From Eledone cirrhosa (taxonomy: Eukaryota), in NCBI GenBank assembly GCA_964016885.1, contig OZ024741.1, forward strand, positions 338,396,001 to 338,460,000: DNA of 64,000 bases. The letters run 5' to 3'. Both the position numbers and the translations under genes were made by a program. Every line of letters starts with the position of its first letter. The first letter of the stretch is position 1. Below the pieces are notes generated by a model, which did no database searches, was not told the DNA's origin, and saw nothing but the letters and a program-made list of their open reading frames with translations. Of this stretch, positions 30,463 to 64,000 are shown in pieces.

Positions 30463-31289
30463 AGATAGGGTGCGGTAAAATACTAGGTGGACCATAAACC
30501 ACCAGAGTAATCGATACATGAGGTAGTAGAGTGGGTAATATGAAAAGATTCAGGGCCGCGACGGCTGAGCCCCGGCCGTTTCGACAGCTAGATCCGAACT
30601 AAGCCACCCGTATTAGAACGGTGGGAATGTAGCTGAACTTGTCAACGGGTGCAGTCCATATATGGGCATGCAGTCAAAGCAAAAGAGCAAAAAATCTAAG
30701 CAAAAAATCTTAAAAGTTTGTTGTTTTTCTTGTTTTTCTCCAGGAGTGGTCAGTGATCTGGAGTGGGGGTTACCTTAGATCAAATGGCTCGTTTCGTCCT
30801 GCTAAATGTCGTGTATATAGTTTATTACCTTTTTAACAGGGGGGGGGGGGCAGCTAGACAGACCGAAATACAAGGGGGAAGGGGTTAGTAGACAAACTGA
30901 CCTGAAAGTGCCAAGCCAGTCAGGTGAGCACACACGCCATTAAGAGAGATTTTTTATCCTAAACAATTATTTCTAATATGTAGAAACTTCAATTCAAGAG
31001 GGAAAAAAACAAAGGAGAGAAAATATAATTTCGGCATATATAAGTCAAAGTGGATAGCGTAGTGTACTTATGTTTTTATAAGTTTGCTTTATCTTACACT
31101 TTGCTAAAAGGCTAAGCATTTATAATTTATTACTAATTCAGCTCCTCATAGAGAAATGTAGTTATCAATTACTCTATGGCGCGGGCTCTCTAGTACTGTT
31201 GTAAATTAGCTAACGTTCTATAGCAAAGTAAATTCCTCAAAAAGCCTGAAAGTGTCAATTTAACATGTATGTCAAAGCTATCGCCAAAT

Positions 31290-31590
31290 ATTGGCAAAAG
31301 GAAAGAACTTAGAGATACTTTCCCTAAACTACCAAAGGAGATACTTTTTCCCAAATTACCGAAGGGAAAACTTTGAGATAACGGTCTTCAACCTAAAGGG
31401 AGAGAACCTCCGGATATCTTTCCCCAAACCTCCAAGAGAGAAACATTAGTGATACTTTCCCCAAACTGCCCAAGGGAGAGAACTTCGACATATTTTCCCA
31501 AAACTTCCCATGGGAGGGAACTCCGAGATACTTTTCCTTAAACTACAGTAAGAGAGAGAATTTCAAGATACCTTTCCCAAATCTACCGAA
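31290..31590. repeat. Degenerate ~40-bp minisatellite
   Basis: About 7 units like GAGATACTTTTCCCCAAACTACCAAAGGGAGAGAACTT. Confidence 0.8.
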
Positions 31591-31724
31591 TCATAGGCTT
31601 ATTATAAAAGCCCCAGAATACATTTATGGGGAATTTGCAGAAAGATGTGGAGAGGTTTCAGAACAGAATTTATGAAAAACTCACATATCAACCATTCACA
31701 TGTATATGTATATCATATATATAT

Positions 31725-32462
31725 ATGTATAAGTATGTACACGTACATACATATATGTATACAGACGTACAGTAGTATGTATATATATATACATACATGC
31801 GCACATATATATATGTACGTATGGATTCACCGAACATTTATTATAATGCTCGGTGTGTTTGTAAACAAACATCCCGTATTAAGCCGTAGTGTCCAGCAAC
31901 CATCGTTGCTCATTTGTTCAACACTGACAAAGGAACGCTGTACTAGTTTCGAGCTTATTAGCTATCGTCAGCAACGTATACCTTCCTGCCAGATTGTTGA
32001 ACGTATATACTTACCTTATGCATATTAAAGGCTGAGTAGCCCAATTTGCATATCGAGTGGGTTAATCGACCGGGTGCACCGAAAACGATAAACGGAAAAA
32101 ATGAAACGAAATTTCATTTCCCACTCTTAGTACGGCTGTTACTTAAATATAAGTATGTACACGTACATACATATATGTATACAGACGTACAGTAGTATGT
32201 ATATATACATACACGCACACATATATATATGTACGTATGGCTTAATACGGGATGTTTGTTTACAAACACACCGAGCATTATAATAAATGTTCGGTGAATC
32301 CATACGTACATATATATATGTGTGTGCATGTATGTATATATATATATATACATACTACTGTACGTCTGTATACATATATGTATGTACGTGTACATACTTA
32401 TATTTAAGTAACAGCCGTACTAAGAGTGGGAAATGAAATTTCGTGTCATTTTTTCCGTTTAT
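31725..32462. repeat. Diverged family 2 retrozyme-like array (direct plus inverted)
   Basis: Homologous to 16278-17565, with an inversion junction near 32238. Confidence 0.82.
31935..31977 (-). ncRNA. Type I hammerhead ribozyme (family 2 variant)
   Basis: ACGTTG-CTGACGA-T-AGCT-AATA-AGCT-C-GAAA-CTAG-TA-CAGCGT. Confidence 0.87.
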
Positions 32463-34305
32463 ATATATATGTATATTATACATATTTCGATTTTTGTAGT
32501 GGTCTTTTTCCTTCTCTAGGGGATTTTACCCGACTTTTATGAGCTATTTTACAGCAACTGTCTGTATTCACAGTTATTTTCTGCATCTAAGCTGCCTACG
32601 TCTTATAAATACATGTGTGTATGCGTGTATCCTTCAATAGAAACAACGTAAGTATCCTCTCTCTCACTTACTCCTTCCCACCCAACAACAGCTGAAAGTA
32701 TAAATCACCATGGGAGCAAGGATGGTGGTTTAACGACTTCAGATAACTAGATATAAACGTGGCAGCCATCAGCAAGACCAGAATTTCTTAGTTAGACCCA
32801 TTCACAGCCATCTTCAATGGTTAGAATATGTATTACATTTTGTTGTCAGCCTACATCAGGGAGTGAAGTAGCTGTATTATTTCTGACATGAGCATCAACA
32901 ACGGTGGTGCCTTCAGACAGGAACAAGGTTTTCAGACATCTTTGGGTGTCTAGAAACATTCTGAGGAATGTCCTGCTCTTTAATACTAGAGACTGAAATG
33001 ACATCTTAGACGCGTCGAGATTGTGTGGGGAGGATGAGGGAATAATTGATGGGAGGATGGTGCAATAGTGTCATAAAACTGTTCAGACCTTTCCAAATAT
33101 CTGGCAGGAACTGACTGGGTCTCCTGAAGATGTCATCTAGATTGTATCTAAATAGTCAGTAGACAAGATTAGAGTAGAGTATCCACATTTTCAACTGGTT
33201 GACTACACAGACCACAAATCTTTTAACTGCATGGTTGACCTAGATATAACACAGAAGCAAAAACTCTGCTACTGGGAGCTGAACACATCTGTCCCTGCAG
33301 GTAAAGCCTACAGAAACTGGATTAGTGACTTAGTTAAGTGGCAACTGACAGGGGCTATCTACAACAACTGATAGTTGATTAATTTAAAGAGCAATTAGCA
33401 TAGAATCAATAAGGTTTATTAAAGAAATAGCTTCTGGATTTGCGACCAGTATTTAGCATCTGTAATGGAAAGGCCAATGGAAACATTGTTTACTTGGTCA
33501 GATTAGACAAGTTCCACTTCACTCGTTAAACAAATGAGGTCTGTGTGTGTGTGTAAACAGTAAACAGAAATAGCAAATTAGTAGGGAAATCAAATTAGAT
33601 GTAGGGGAGGCTAGAGAACAATTTAGAGGGAGAAATTCAGAAAGTCATTGCAACTAACATGTTAGTAATAAGAATATCAAAACACAAAGGCTGTGTTCTC
33701 TGAGCTAATGCACTTGCTCTAAGACAGGATGGAATGAAAGCATTCAATAGAACTGAGTCACATAGGATAATATGGCAAGAAAACTATAATAGGTCTTTGA
33801 CCGATTGGTGTAAACACATGCTACTCGATGTCAAGTAGATGTATGTGCCTATTTAGCCACATTTTGCTCTACTGTTCAAGGTGAATGGTGGATGTGGACT
33901 GAAGATAGTTGTGAACTTTAGTGGCTTGAAGTGGATTTTATCAGAAAATGCAAAGTGCTGCAAAAAAGCAAATAACAGCAGCTGAAATACAGATGGTGAT
34001 AAGTAGTTATATGAGAGGCAGATCATCTGGTTTAGATAGTCTGCCCTATGAGTTTTACATATATATTTGCCAGTCTTATTCACTAACGACTTGGCTAATG
34101 TCTTAGATGTGTGTGCTTGAGGTTGGTAGCACTGCTGAGAAAAGGGATGAACAAAGGGGACAATAGTCATCATTTCCAGTTCATAAATGCAGCATTTAAG
34201 ATTTTGGCCAGGTGTACGGCTCAAAATCTTCAATACGTTCAATGTTAGCATCATCATTATTGACTAGTTCAAAAATAAAAAGAGACAAATTTTGCTGAAA
34301 ATTGC

Positions 34306-34311
34306 TTTATT
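34306..34311 (-). terminator. Candidate polyadenylation signal AATAAA
   Basis: About 210 nt after the stop, followed by a T/GT-rich tract on the minus strand. An alternative AATAAA lies at 34426-34431. Confidence 0.5.
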
Positions 34312-34521
34312 GATGTCTTAAGTTTCTATATATATATACATATATAATTGTGTGTGTGTGTGTATGTGTGTGTGTGTGTATTCATATATATATATATATA
34401 TATATACATATATATATTACAATTATTTATTAGAATTACTAGAACTTAGATATAGCAGTATTATTGTTGATGTAAAAGTAGTTTCCGTGAAGCATTGTGT
34501 TTCTGATAGTTATTTTGTCGT

Positions 34522-53246
<18,725 letters not shown>

Positions 53247-53296
53247 TGTGTTACAGAGTATTGCTATGTATGTACCTATATCTTCATGCAAAAGAG

Positions 53297-53330
53297 GATT
53301 GAAAGTCTGTCAAAATCTTGTATTTATATA
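53297..53330 (-). promoter_or_regulatory. Core promoter, copy B: TATATAAA plus Inr-like TCAATC
   Basis: Identical to copy A. Confidence 0.65.
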
Positions 53331-56142
53331 GAACAGAGCCTGTGAAAGTTACTATGCATGTGTATTTACACGTGTTTAGATTAGAAATATTCATCATCGT
53401 CATCATCATCGCCATTGCCTTCGTCATCGTCATCATCATCGCCATTGCCTTCGTCATCGTCATCATCATCGCCATTGCCTTCGTCATCGTCATCATCATC
53501 ATCGTCGTCGTCGTCATCGTCGTCATCGTCATCATCATCATCATCATCATCATCATCAATAATAATAATATTATGTGAGAAAGAAGGTGGAGCTAGTGCA
53601 AGTTTTGTCCGTCTCCCAGATCCTCCTACACCCTGACACATGTTTATTTGCAACGTATTAGAGCTAATATCTACATAAGCAACTAGGCATTTTTATTAAA
53701 GAATTAATAAAAGGCTTTAATAAAACCACAAAGGTAATTGTTTGAAAAAATATTCTTATTTTTTTAAAAAAAGCTTTACATGTTTTTTATGTTCAATTTC
53801 TTTATTTCTATTGCTTTAATTTCAAGATTATTTTATATATAAGAAATGAGAGAATTTTAATTTGAATAGAGAAATAAATAGCTTGATTGTGTTTTCAAGG
53901 ACAGAAGACTAGTTATGAAAGTTGCATAAGCTAGAATATAAAAAGAAGAGACTAAATTATTCTCCCTTATCCACACCTTTGTGAATAAATTACTATCTCT
54001 TCACAACAGAGTCTTTAATCACAAACCGGTTTAAACTCATTTTTATCCATTCACTCTTTTATACATTTCTGTTTCAATGAATTCATTCTGACAAAGACAA
54101 CAAAAGTCTTTAAAAATATGAAGAAGGTGGTTCCTGTTTAACATGATAGCTTTTAGATAGATCATTACAAAAATACAAACTCTTCAGCGACGCTTAAGTC
54201 GTTTTTTGCTTTATTGCTTGTAAAATATATATATGTGTGTCATCTCCCTCTCCTTCATCTACAAAAAAATGAGAGTAGGATGTATAATTGTGTGACCTGG
54301 AGTCTGTTTAAAAGGAAAGATATTTGCTATACAATGTCAGGTTACTTAGTAAAAAAATGAATTTATTCGTAAATATTTCTTATAGGTTTACAAAACTGTG
54401 AATTAAACTTCTCAAGGGAGACTACTAGTCTTTATTTTTATATTTTCCTTATAAGGATTTATTAAGTTTTCATAATTAATACGGTGGATTGGCAGTATCG
54501 GTAGAGAGTCGGGCGCCATGCTTTGAAGCATGTAGTTACCTCCCTTTATGATCTGAGTTCAAATCCCGCCAAGGTTAACTTTGCCTTTCATCCTTACGGA
54601 GTCGATAAAATAAAGTACCAGTAATGCACTGATATAATTGCTGGCCTTGTGCCAAAAGTAGAAACAATAATTAATAATATAAATAATGAAAGAAGGGGGA
54701 AGGGGTAAAGAAGGGCAGATCTGGCTGTATAGGAGAGTAAAGGAAAGGACTAAAAATGCCATAAATGAGAAGAAAAGGAAGGAAAGAAGCTAGGACTATT
54801 AGGCCATGGAAGAAATAGAGGGGGAAGGGGAAAGGATGACAGGCCCTGCACCTAAGTTGGGGCAGTAAGGTCTAACCTCAAGGTTTCTGATGAAAGGGTT
54901 AAAGAAAAGTCAAATTTCTACCAGGAAGGATGACTGATCATCTTTAACATTTGACTCTATGTATGATTTCCTTAAGAATTATAGTTGTTTGCAATCCAAT
55001 AGCTGTAAAACAGTTCAGATTTTTTCAGATGTTTGGAATATTTCTTGAACATATTTGGTTTTTAGGAAATGGATGAAGAGGAAGAGCATCATGGTTGACA
55101 CTTTTAGGAAAAAATATTCACAAGGAAATGGATTACAGTTCTAAGAAGGAAAATTTAAGGGAAGGGTTTAGAGTGAGATCTGGCTGATATGTGATAAGAG
55201 GGAGAGAAAAGATGAATAGGATGTATAGAAGGAATGTATCTAGAGTTCAGAGCAACAGAGACCACTGTAATAGCAAAAACAGCATGCAAGACAGTAATTG
55301 AAGCATTTTAGTGGTTAACTCTTTGACAATTACTTCAATGGCTGTCTTTTCAATTAGTATATGCATCAGTAGATTTTGGTAGTACTCCAGTTTTCTTCTT
55401 CTTGCATTTCGGTTGGTCTCAGGTTGTTGTCATTTGCTTGATCAAGATCAGAGCTCAGTGACCAATTTCCAGAGCCCTCCACGAGGAGGTCAACAAATTT
55501 GAGCTCTAATACTCCAGTAAGGAGAAAGGTTCAGCTCCATCAGACTTAAAATACTCAAGACTCAATCGTGTTCCTATGAATCTATCAGGAGTTACAAATC
55601 CATTCATAAATTCAGTACTCCAGTGATGTTCTTGAGTTTTATAGAGAATTAGCTAATGATCAGAGCTGAAATAATTGCTGACACTGAAGAGGACTCCTGG
55701 CCTTTCTGGTGCAGTTTTGCAATGTTATATGTGGAATCACCATAAGAGATAGTGATGGATTCAGAGGCCTAGCATTTATAATGACAGCAACTATGTGGGT
55801 TTTAATTGTGTTATTTATGACCAGATAGATTGAGATGCAAGACTGCCTCCTAAATTTATATGGGGATTAAATATTTGTTATCTTGCAAAAGACATGGTTG
55901 TCATGTCCCTTGTGCATGCTTAACGCTCTTTCCTACATTCTTCTACACGCTACAGTCTTCTACACGCCACGCATCTCAACGTACATCCACTTACATCTCT
56001 CTCTCCACCACCGGATCTTGTTACCCGGAGATTTACCCATCTGCATTGTCGAGGCTTCCAAACGACTTAAAGAAATTTACCTTATTATTCCACAATGCTT
56101 CAAGCAAACTTCAATACTCTCATATATATATATATATATATA

Positions 56143-58662
56143 TATCAAAATGAAAATCCGAAGGCAAGGTAAAATTTCCAATCATTTTAATCACGACACA
56201 TGTTTCAATCAGAGAACTTAGAAAAAGCTACTGAAAAACTACACGGGCCAACCTGGATTTAATCAACACGGAGGCCAATAGCGTCATGACTAAACTGGGT
56301 ATTGAGGATAAAACCGAACCCTTCCACCCTAGAACTCCGAGGATTTTGTTGAAGCACCACAAATTAAACTTTGAATTATCAAGACCTGTCAGGCTGATAG
56401 CCCTTCGAAGTCGGACATAGGAATCATGAGTAAAAACATCCTTGATAAAATAATGCCCACTCTAGTTATGAGATCGAAGATTAAATTATGGTCAGGAACA
56501 GCGAGGTAATTAACTGGTTTGAGAAGTCGCAGAATAATAATAGCACTAAGTTTATACAGTTCGATATCTCTTAACTACTATTCTTCGATCTCTCCAACTC
56601 TTCTAGGTAGGGCCCTAAATTTTGCTAGCTTACACACCGACCTTACATCTGAAGAAATTAACATTATTCTCCTAGCTAGGAAAACCTTAATTGAGTCCAA
56701 CGGTGACTTGTGGACCAGGAAGGATTGGCCGGACAATTTCGACATCACCATGGGATCCACGGACTCGGCCCAGGTGACGGATCTGGTGGGCCTTTACTTC
56801 CTCGACTGTCTCTCAGTGGAAATGCCCACTTGGGAGGCGGCGCTTACCGTGACGACGTTTTATTTACTGTGTCGTTCCGTAATAATAATATGGTAGAGAG
56901 GGTGAGGAAAAAACTAAGCAAATTCTTTAAGAACATAGACCTAAGTATAGTATTTGAAGAGAACTTAAAGATAGTTAATTTTCCAACCCTACCACAAACC
57001 CAATGAGAATTTAAACTATGTCAACGCTAAATCGAACCACCCTAGAATAGTCACTAACGGTATTACTAAAAGTGTCTCTAGTAGAATTTCAGGACTATCG
57101 TCCAATGAAGATACCTTTAATAGGATCTCGAATTACTATAATAGCGCGGAGCATAGCGAGGGAATCTCATTCAAACGTCCATTAGATAGTAGTAGCAACA
57201 TTGCCTGCTATAGCTTAGGCCAAAATAGTGACACTTCTGTTAACAGCAGGCGGGATACGAGGGAGTATCAATATAGACTTCATGTTGTATTGCCTCCTAG
57301 TCCCAATGGAAACAACCACCCAGGTACTAACACGGGGTCAGAGCACCGTAATGCCAGCGGAAACTCTAATTGTAACCTTAATTGTAGAACTGATAAAACG
57401 ACCGTTGAACGTAAAATGGAACGAGGGTCGAGTAGAGGGAATAGGGATAAATGTAGCAGGTGCATAGTGGATTTAACCCCGGCTATCGATGGTAATCCAA
57501 ATGGCTGCACGGGGGTACACCGCCCCGGACACTTGGGACGATTCCGAAAACAATCGGGACACCCCAGATCCACAGGCAGTTTTCAGTTATAATAGACCGG
57601 TAGCTACTAAGGAGACAGGTACCTCTAATATAGATAGTAAGAACAAGAGGCATCTGACCAGAAAAATCCTGTGGTATAACCCCCTTACTCCACTGGCCTG
57701 ACCACTAGTATAGCTAAGCTTTTCTTTAGGGCCTTAGACAAATGCTTCCCTAGATCACACAGATACTATAAAATATTCAATAGGAATACCATCAAACTGT
57801 CCTACTCCACAACCAGTAACATAGCTCAGAATATAGCTAAGATGAATTATAGTAGACTTAGGACAGGGGGGGGATGAGACATGACAGAACTAATGGCAGC
57901 TCTATGGATGAACGGACTCATACACGTGAGGCGAGTCAGGTCACACCAACACCTGAGAACTTACTCATAGAGCAGACAAGAACTGAGACCCGACCCCAAA
58001 TGTACCGTGGCTCCTCTGGAACTACTCAGGTCGATAACAGAAAATGTAATTGCAGGAACACCGCCACTTGCCCCATGGCTGGGAAATGCCTCACCAAAAA
58101 CATAGTCTACGACTGCAAGGTCTCCACTCTTGATAGATCCTTCAGGTATGTTGGGGAAACTGCCACTGAATTTAAGGGTAGATGGTATAATCACCGCCAT
58201 ACCTTTAATAGATTAGATAAAAAAAATAGCACGGCGCTTTCTGAATTAGTCTGCAAGCTTAAACAACAGATTGCTCAGCCCAGCCTTATAACGGCAGCAC
58301 GGGCGTTTGTAATTTGTGTATAGCTGAAACCTTTAATATTATTAGAGGCGGCCCCCTATTAATCAATAGGAGAGCGGATTTTTTCAGCAACTGCCAACAT
58401 AGAACCTCGAAAACTTTCCGCAGGATTTTTGGGAAGTAACCTACCACTAACTCCTCCCTCTCTACCTTAGCCATAGAGTTCTCTCAATTAGCGAAAAAAC
58501 AGACAATCACACACTCAGGTAGTTAGACAGCTAAGATCGTTTGCGCACTTACAAACAGTACTCGGCCTGTCTCCACAGAGTTTTCACAGATGAGTGCACT
58601 TTAGAATACCTAGTTAGTAATTAGTTAGATTGATTACACACTCAGAATACCTAGTTAGTAAA
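56143..58662 (+). mobile_element. Decayed Penelope-like element, duplicate of 12240-14760
   Basis: Same RT and GIY-YIG fragments. Confidence 0.88.
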
Positions 58663-59608
58663 CGATGATGACATCTTCTTTATTATTGTTCCCGTCTGCC
58701 GTGGGCACAAAGGTGGCTGTGGAGACCGATCCTTGACTTGCAGGTCCGGGGACAGTGGAGACAGGGGAAGAGACCGGAGTCAGACTGGTAACTCCCAGAG
58801 GTTACCTCCCCTGTTACCTCCACCTCTCGCCCATCGCTGCAGGGCTTTGGGAGTGCACGCTAAAGAAGAAACCTGTGCGGGAAAGGGTTATAGTGGGAGG
58901 GCCAGTGTACATTGACGGTCCCACTCACTCGGCCGCAGAAGCCAGAATCCGGTGGTACGGAGGACCGTCACGACCATGGACTTCCTTGGCTGCAGTGGAT
59001 GGCCACGACGTCTGTACTGCCTTGCCATGCCCTAGCGCTCCACACCGCTTGCTGTCGCCGCCTTTGTGACCGTTGGGACGATGTTGTCCTCCTCCACTCA
59101 TTCCGCCAGGTCCAGTCTTCGCATGCAGGGGCAGACATCCCCTATCTAACAGACCCGTCCGGCTATCCTCAACCTGGTTCGGCCCGTCAGCCAAGGCGGT
59201 TTACCGGGGTGTGGCCGCTGTCGCATTCTACAGCTTCTTGGGGCCACAGGTGAGAGCTGAGTGTCAGGTGGGACCCAATGCAGGACGAGCTGTCCTGAAA
59301 AGGGAATGGCTAGCCCTCCCTACAGAGGTACATGCCCCTCCCTGACACCCTAAGCATATACATATACATACGTGCATGTGTATATACATATTTACACAAT
59401 TTTGGATGGCCGTAGACTCTTATGAGTTCTTCCACCCTTTGTCAGGTTTTGTTTTTTTGTCCTGCAGGGTGTCCAAAATCCCCCTCCTCACCAAGTAAAC
59501 TTGGTGGGGTTGCCAGTTTAGTAGCTGACAACCCGACCATGCGACAGGTTGTACTAGTTTACATGTTACCAGTAGCACTCAAGAGTGACCTGGCATATAT
59601 ATATATAC

Positions 59609-59661
<53 letters not shown>

Positions 59662-60064
59662 TTATTTCCTCCTATCTTTATTTATTTCTTTCTTCTCTCC
59701 ATACATTTCTCTCTCTCTCCGATATTTCTCCAGGTTTTCTTTCTTTCTATCTTTCTTTCTCTCTCTCCGTCTTTGTTCTTTTCTCTCTCTCCGTCTTTTT
59801 TCGTTTTTCTTTTTCTTTATCTCCGTCTTTTTCTAATTGTGCTTAACACTATGACTTATTAAAACAATATAAACAATTCACTATCCAGACAGCCTCCAAA
59901 AGTAATGGTTGTATTTTAAAAGGGTACGTCAAAGCTATTTGTAAAACTGTTATATATTGTATTTTGTCTGATGAAGGCATACCATAATTTAATATGGTAT
60001 CCCTGAAATATGTATAATGAAATAAATATGGTTTTATAAATATAGTTTCCATTTATTAATATCG

Positions 60065-60134
<70 letters not shown>

Positions 60135-60137
<3 letters not shown>

Positions 60138-61422
60138 GGAATAGAATGAAACGAAATTTCATTTCTCACTCTTAGTACGGCACTTACTTAAATGTAAGTA
60201 TGTATGTATACGTACATACATATATGTATACAGACGTACAGTAGCATGTATATATATACATACAGGCACACATATATACATGCACGTATCAGTTTACCAA
60301 ACATTTATTATAATGCTCGGTTTGTTCGTTTGTAAACAAACAAACAGCCTGAATTAAGCCGTACAGTGTTTAGGCAACCACGTCACCTTTTTGTTCAACA
60401 CTGACACAGGAACGATGTACTGGTTTCAAGCTTATTAGCTATCGTCAGCACCGTATACCTTTCTGCCAGATGGTTGAACGTCCGAAAGTATATACTTTCT
60501 TATGAAAATTAACGGCTGAGCAGCCTAATTTGCATATCGAGTGAGTTCAGTCGGCCAGTCGCACCGAAGACGATAAATGGAATAGAATAAAACGAACTTT
60601 CATTTCTCACTCTTAGTACGGCACTTACTTAAATGTAAGTATGTATGTATACGTACATACATATATGTATACAGACGTACAGTAGCATGTATATATATAC
60701 ATACAGGCACACATATATACATGCACGTATCAGTTTACCGAACATTTATTATAATGCTCGGTTTGTTCGTTTGTAAACAAACAAACAGCCTGAATTACGG
60801 CGTACAGTGTTTAGGCAACCACGTCACCTTTTTGTTCAACACTGAACAAACCGAGCATTATAATAAATGTTCGGTAAACTGATACGTGCATGTATATATG
60901 TGTGCCTGTATGTATATATATACATGCTACTGTACGTCTGTATACATATATGTATGTACGTATACATACTTACATTTAAGTAAGTGCCGTACTAAGAGTG
61001 AGAAATGAAATTTCGTTTCATTCTATTCCATTTATCGTTTTCGGTGCGACTGGCCGACTGAACTCACTCGATATGCAAATTAGGCTGCTCAGCCATTAAT
61101 TTTCATAAGGAAAGTATATACTTTCGGACGTTCAACCATCTGGCAGAAAGGTATACGGTGCTGACGATAGCTAATAAGCTTGAAACTAGTACATCGTTCC
61201 TGTGTCAGTGTTGAACAAAAAGGTGACGTGGTTGCCTAAACACTGTACGGCGTAATTCAGGCTGTTTGTTTGTTTACAAACAAACAAACCGAGCATTATA
61301 ATAAATGTTCGGTAAACTGATACGTGCATGTATATATGTGTGCCTGTATGTATATATATACATGCTACTGTACGTCTGTATACATATATGTATGTACGTA
61401 TACATACATACTTACATATATA
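60135..61422. repeat. Family 2 retrozyme-like array, duplicate of 16278-17565
   Basis: Same direct plus inverted structure. Confidence 0.85.
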
Positions 61423-61462
61423 TATATATATATACATATTATATATATATATATATATATAT

Positions 61463-63312
<1,850 letters not shown>

Positions 63313-63329
63313 TATATATATATATATAC

Positions 63330-63399
<70 letters not shown>

Positions 63400-64000
63400 T
63401 TAAAACAACAGAATGCAAGACAATTTGGTGCATCATCGTTTACCAACCAGAACAACCAGTTCTACTCGTTGCTAAACAACCTAATATAGATTATATATAT
63501 ATATATATATATATAATCTATTGATGAACATTACGTTCATCAATACAACCCCTAGAGGTGAATTAGCTTACAAATTTAGAAGGGCCCGAGATAAACATAA
63601 ACTCAATATTAAGATAGTAGAAAGACCAGGTACCTCCATAAAAACACTTATTACCAATACATACCCTTTTCAAAGACCTCCCTGTATAGATAAGAAATGA
63701 ATAATCTGTAAACTAAGCCCTCATATTAACTGTAAAACTAGAAATGTAGTATATAGCATAAGATGTACTGAAGGACAATGTAAAGATAAGAATATAGTGT
63801 ACATAGGTGAGACAGCTCGTAGTATAAGAGAACGGTTAAATGAACACTGGCGAGAACTTCAAGATAAAAAATAACCAACATGCTAAAAAGCATCAACATG
63901 CTAAAATAGAACATAAGGGCAAATTAGAGAACATAGAAATGAAAATAGAATCTACACACAGAAAAGACGCAATGTTTAGACAAATCACAGAGGCAATAAA

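Noticed and set aside
32650-33520. Possible old CR1/Jockey-like endonuclease relic on the minus strand
   Set aside because: Too decayed to support by eye.

Overview
Eukaryotic, AT-rich, microsatellite-dense genomic DNA, probably molluscan and most likely octopod cephalopod (inferred from repeat content and gene family). The window is a near-identical tandem duplication with a period of about 43.9 kb: 1-19232 recurs at 43895-64000. Each unit carries a minus-strand gene for a secreted chitin-binding protein. I reconstructed one complete 8-exon copy by hand (34522-53246, 380 aa: signal peptide, two CBM14/peritrophin-A domains, a degenerate third, and a ConA/laminin-G-like domain, i.e. Pif/LamG3-like without VWA) plus exons 1-2 of the other copy. 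The rest is transposon-derived: young RTE-clade LINEs with a PHD-like finger inside the RT region, SINEs sharing the RTE 3' end, decayed Penelope-like elements (PLEs), a hATm-like DNA transposon and other relics. The most notable feature is non-coding: a cluster (16.2-32.5 kb, partly repeated at 60.1-63.2 kb) of several families of 300-440 bp tandem and inverted repeats, each carrying a type I hammerhead ribozyme (retrozyme-like), next to PLE relics. Two families with different hammerheads share a covarying structured domain, and one array differs in copy number between the duplicates. All alignments and folds were done by eye; no searches were run.
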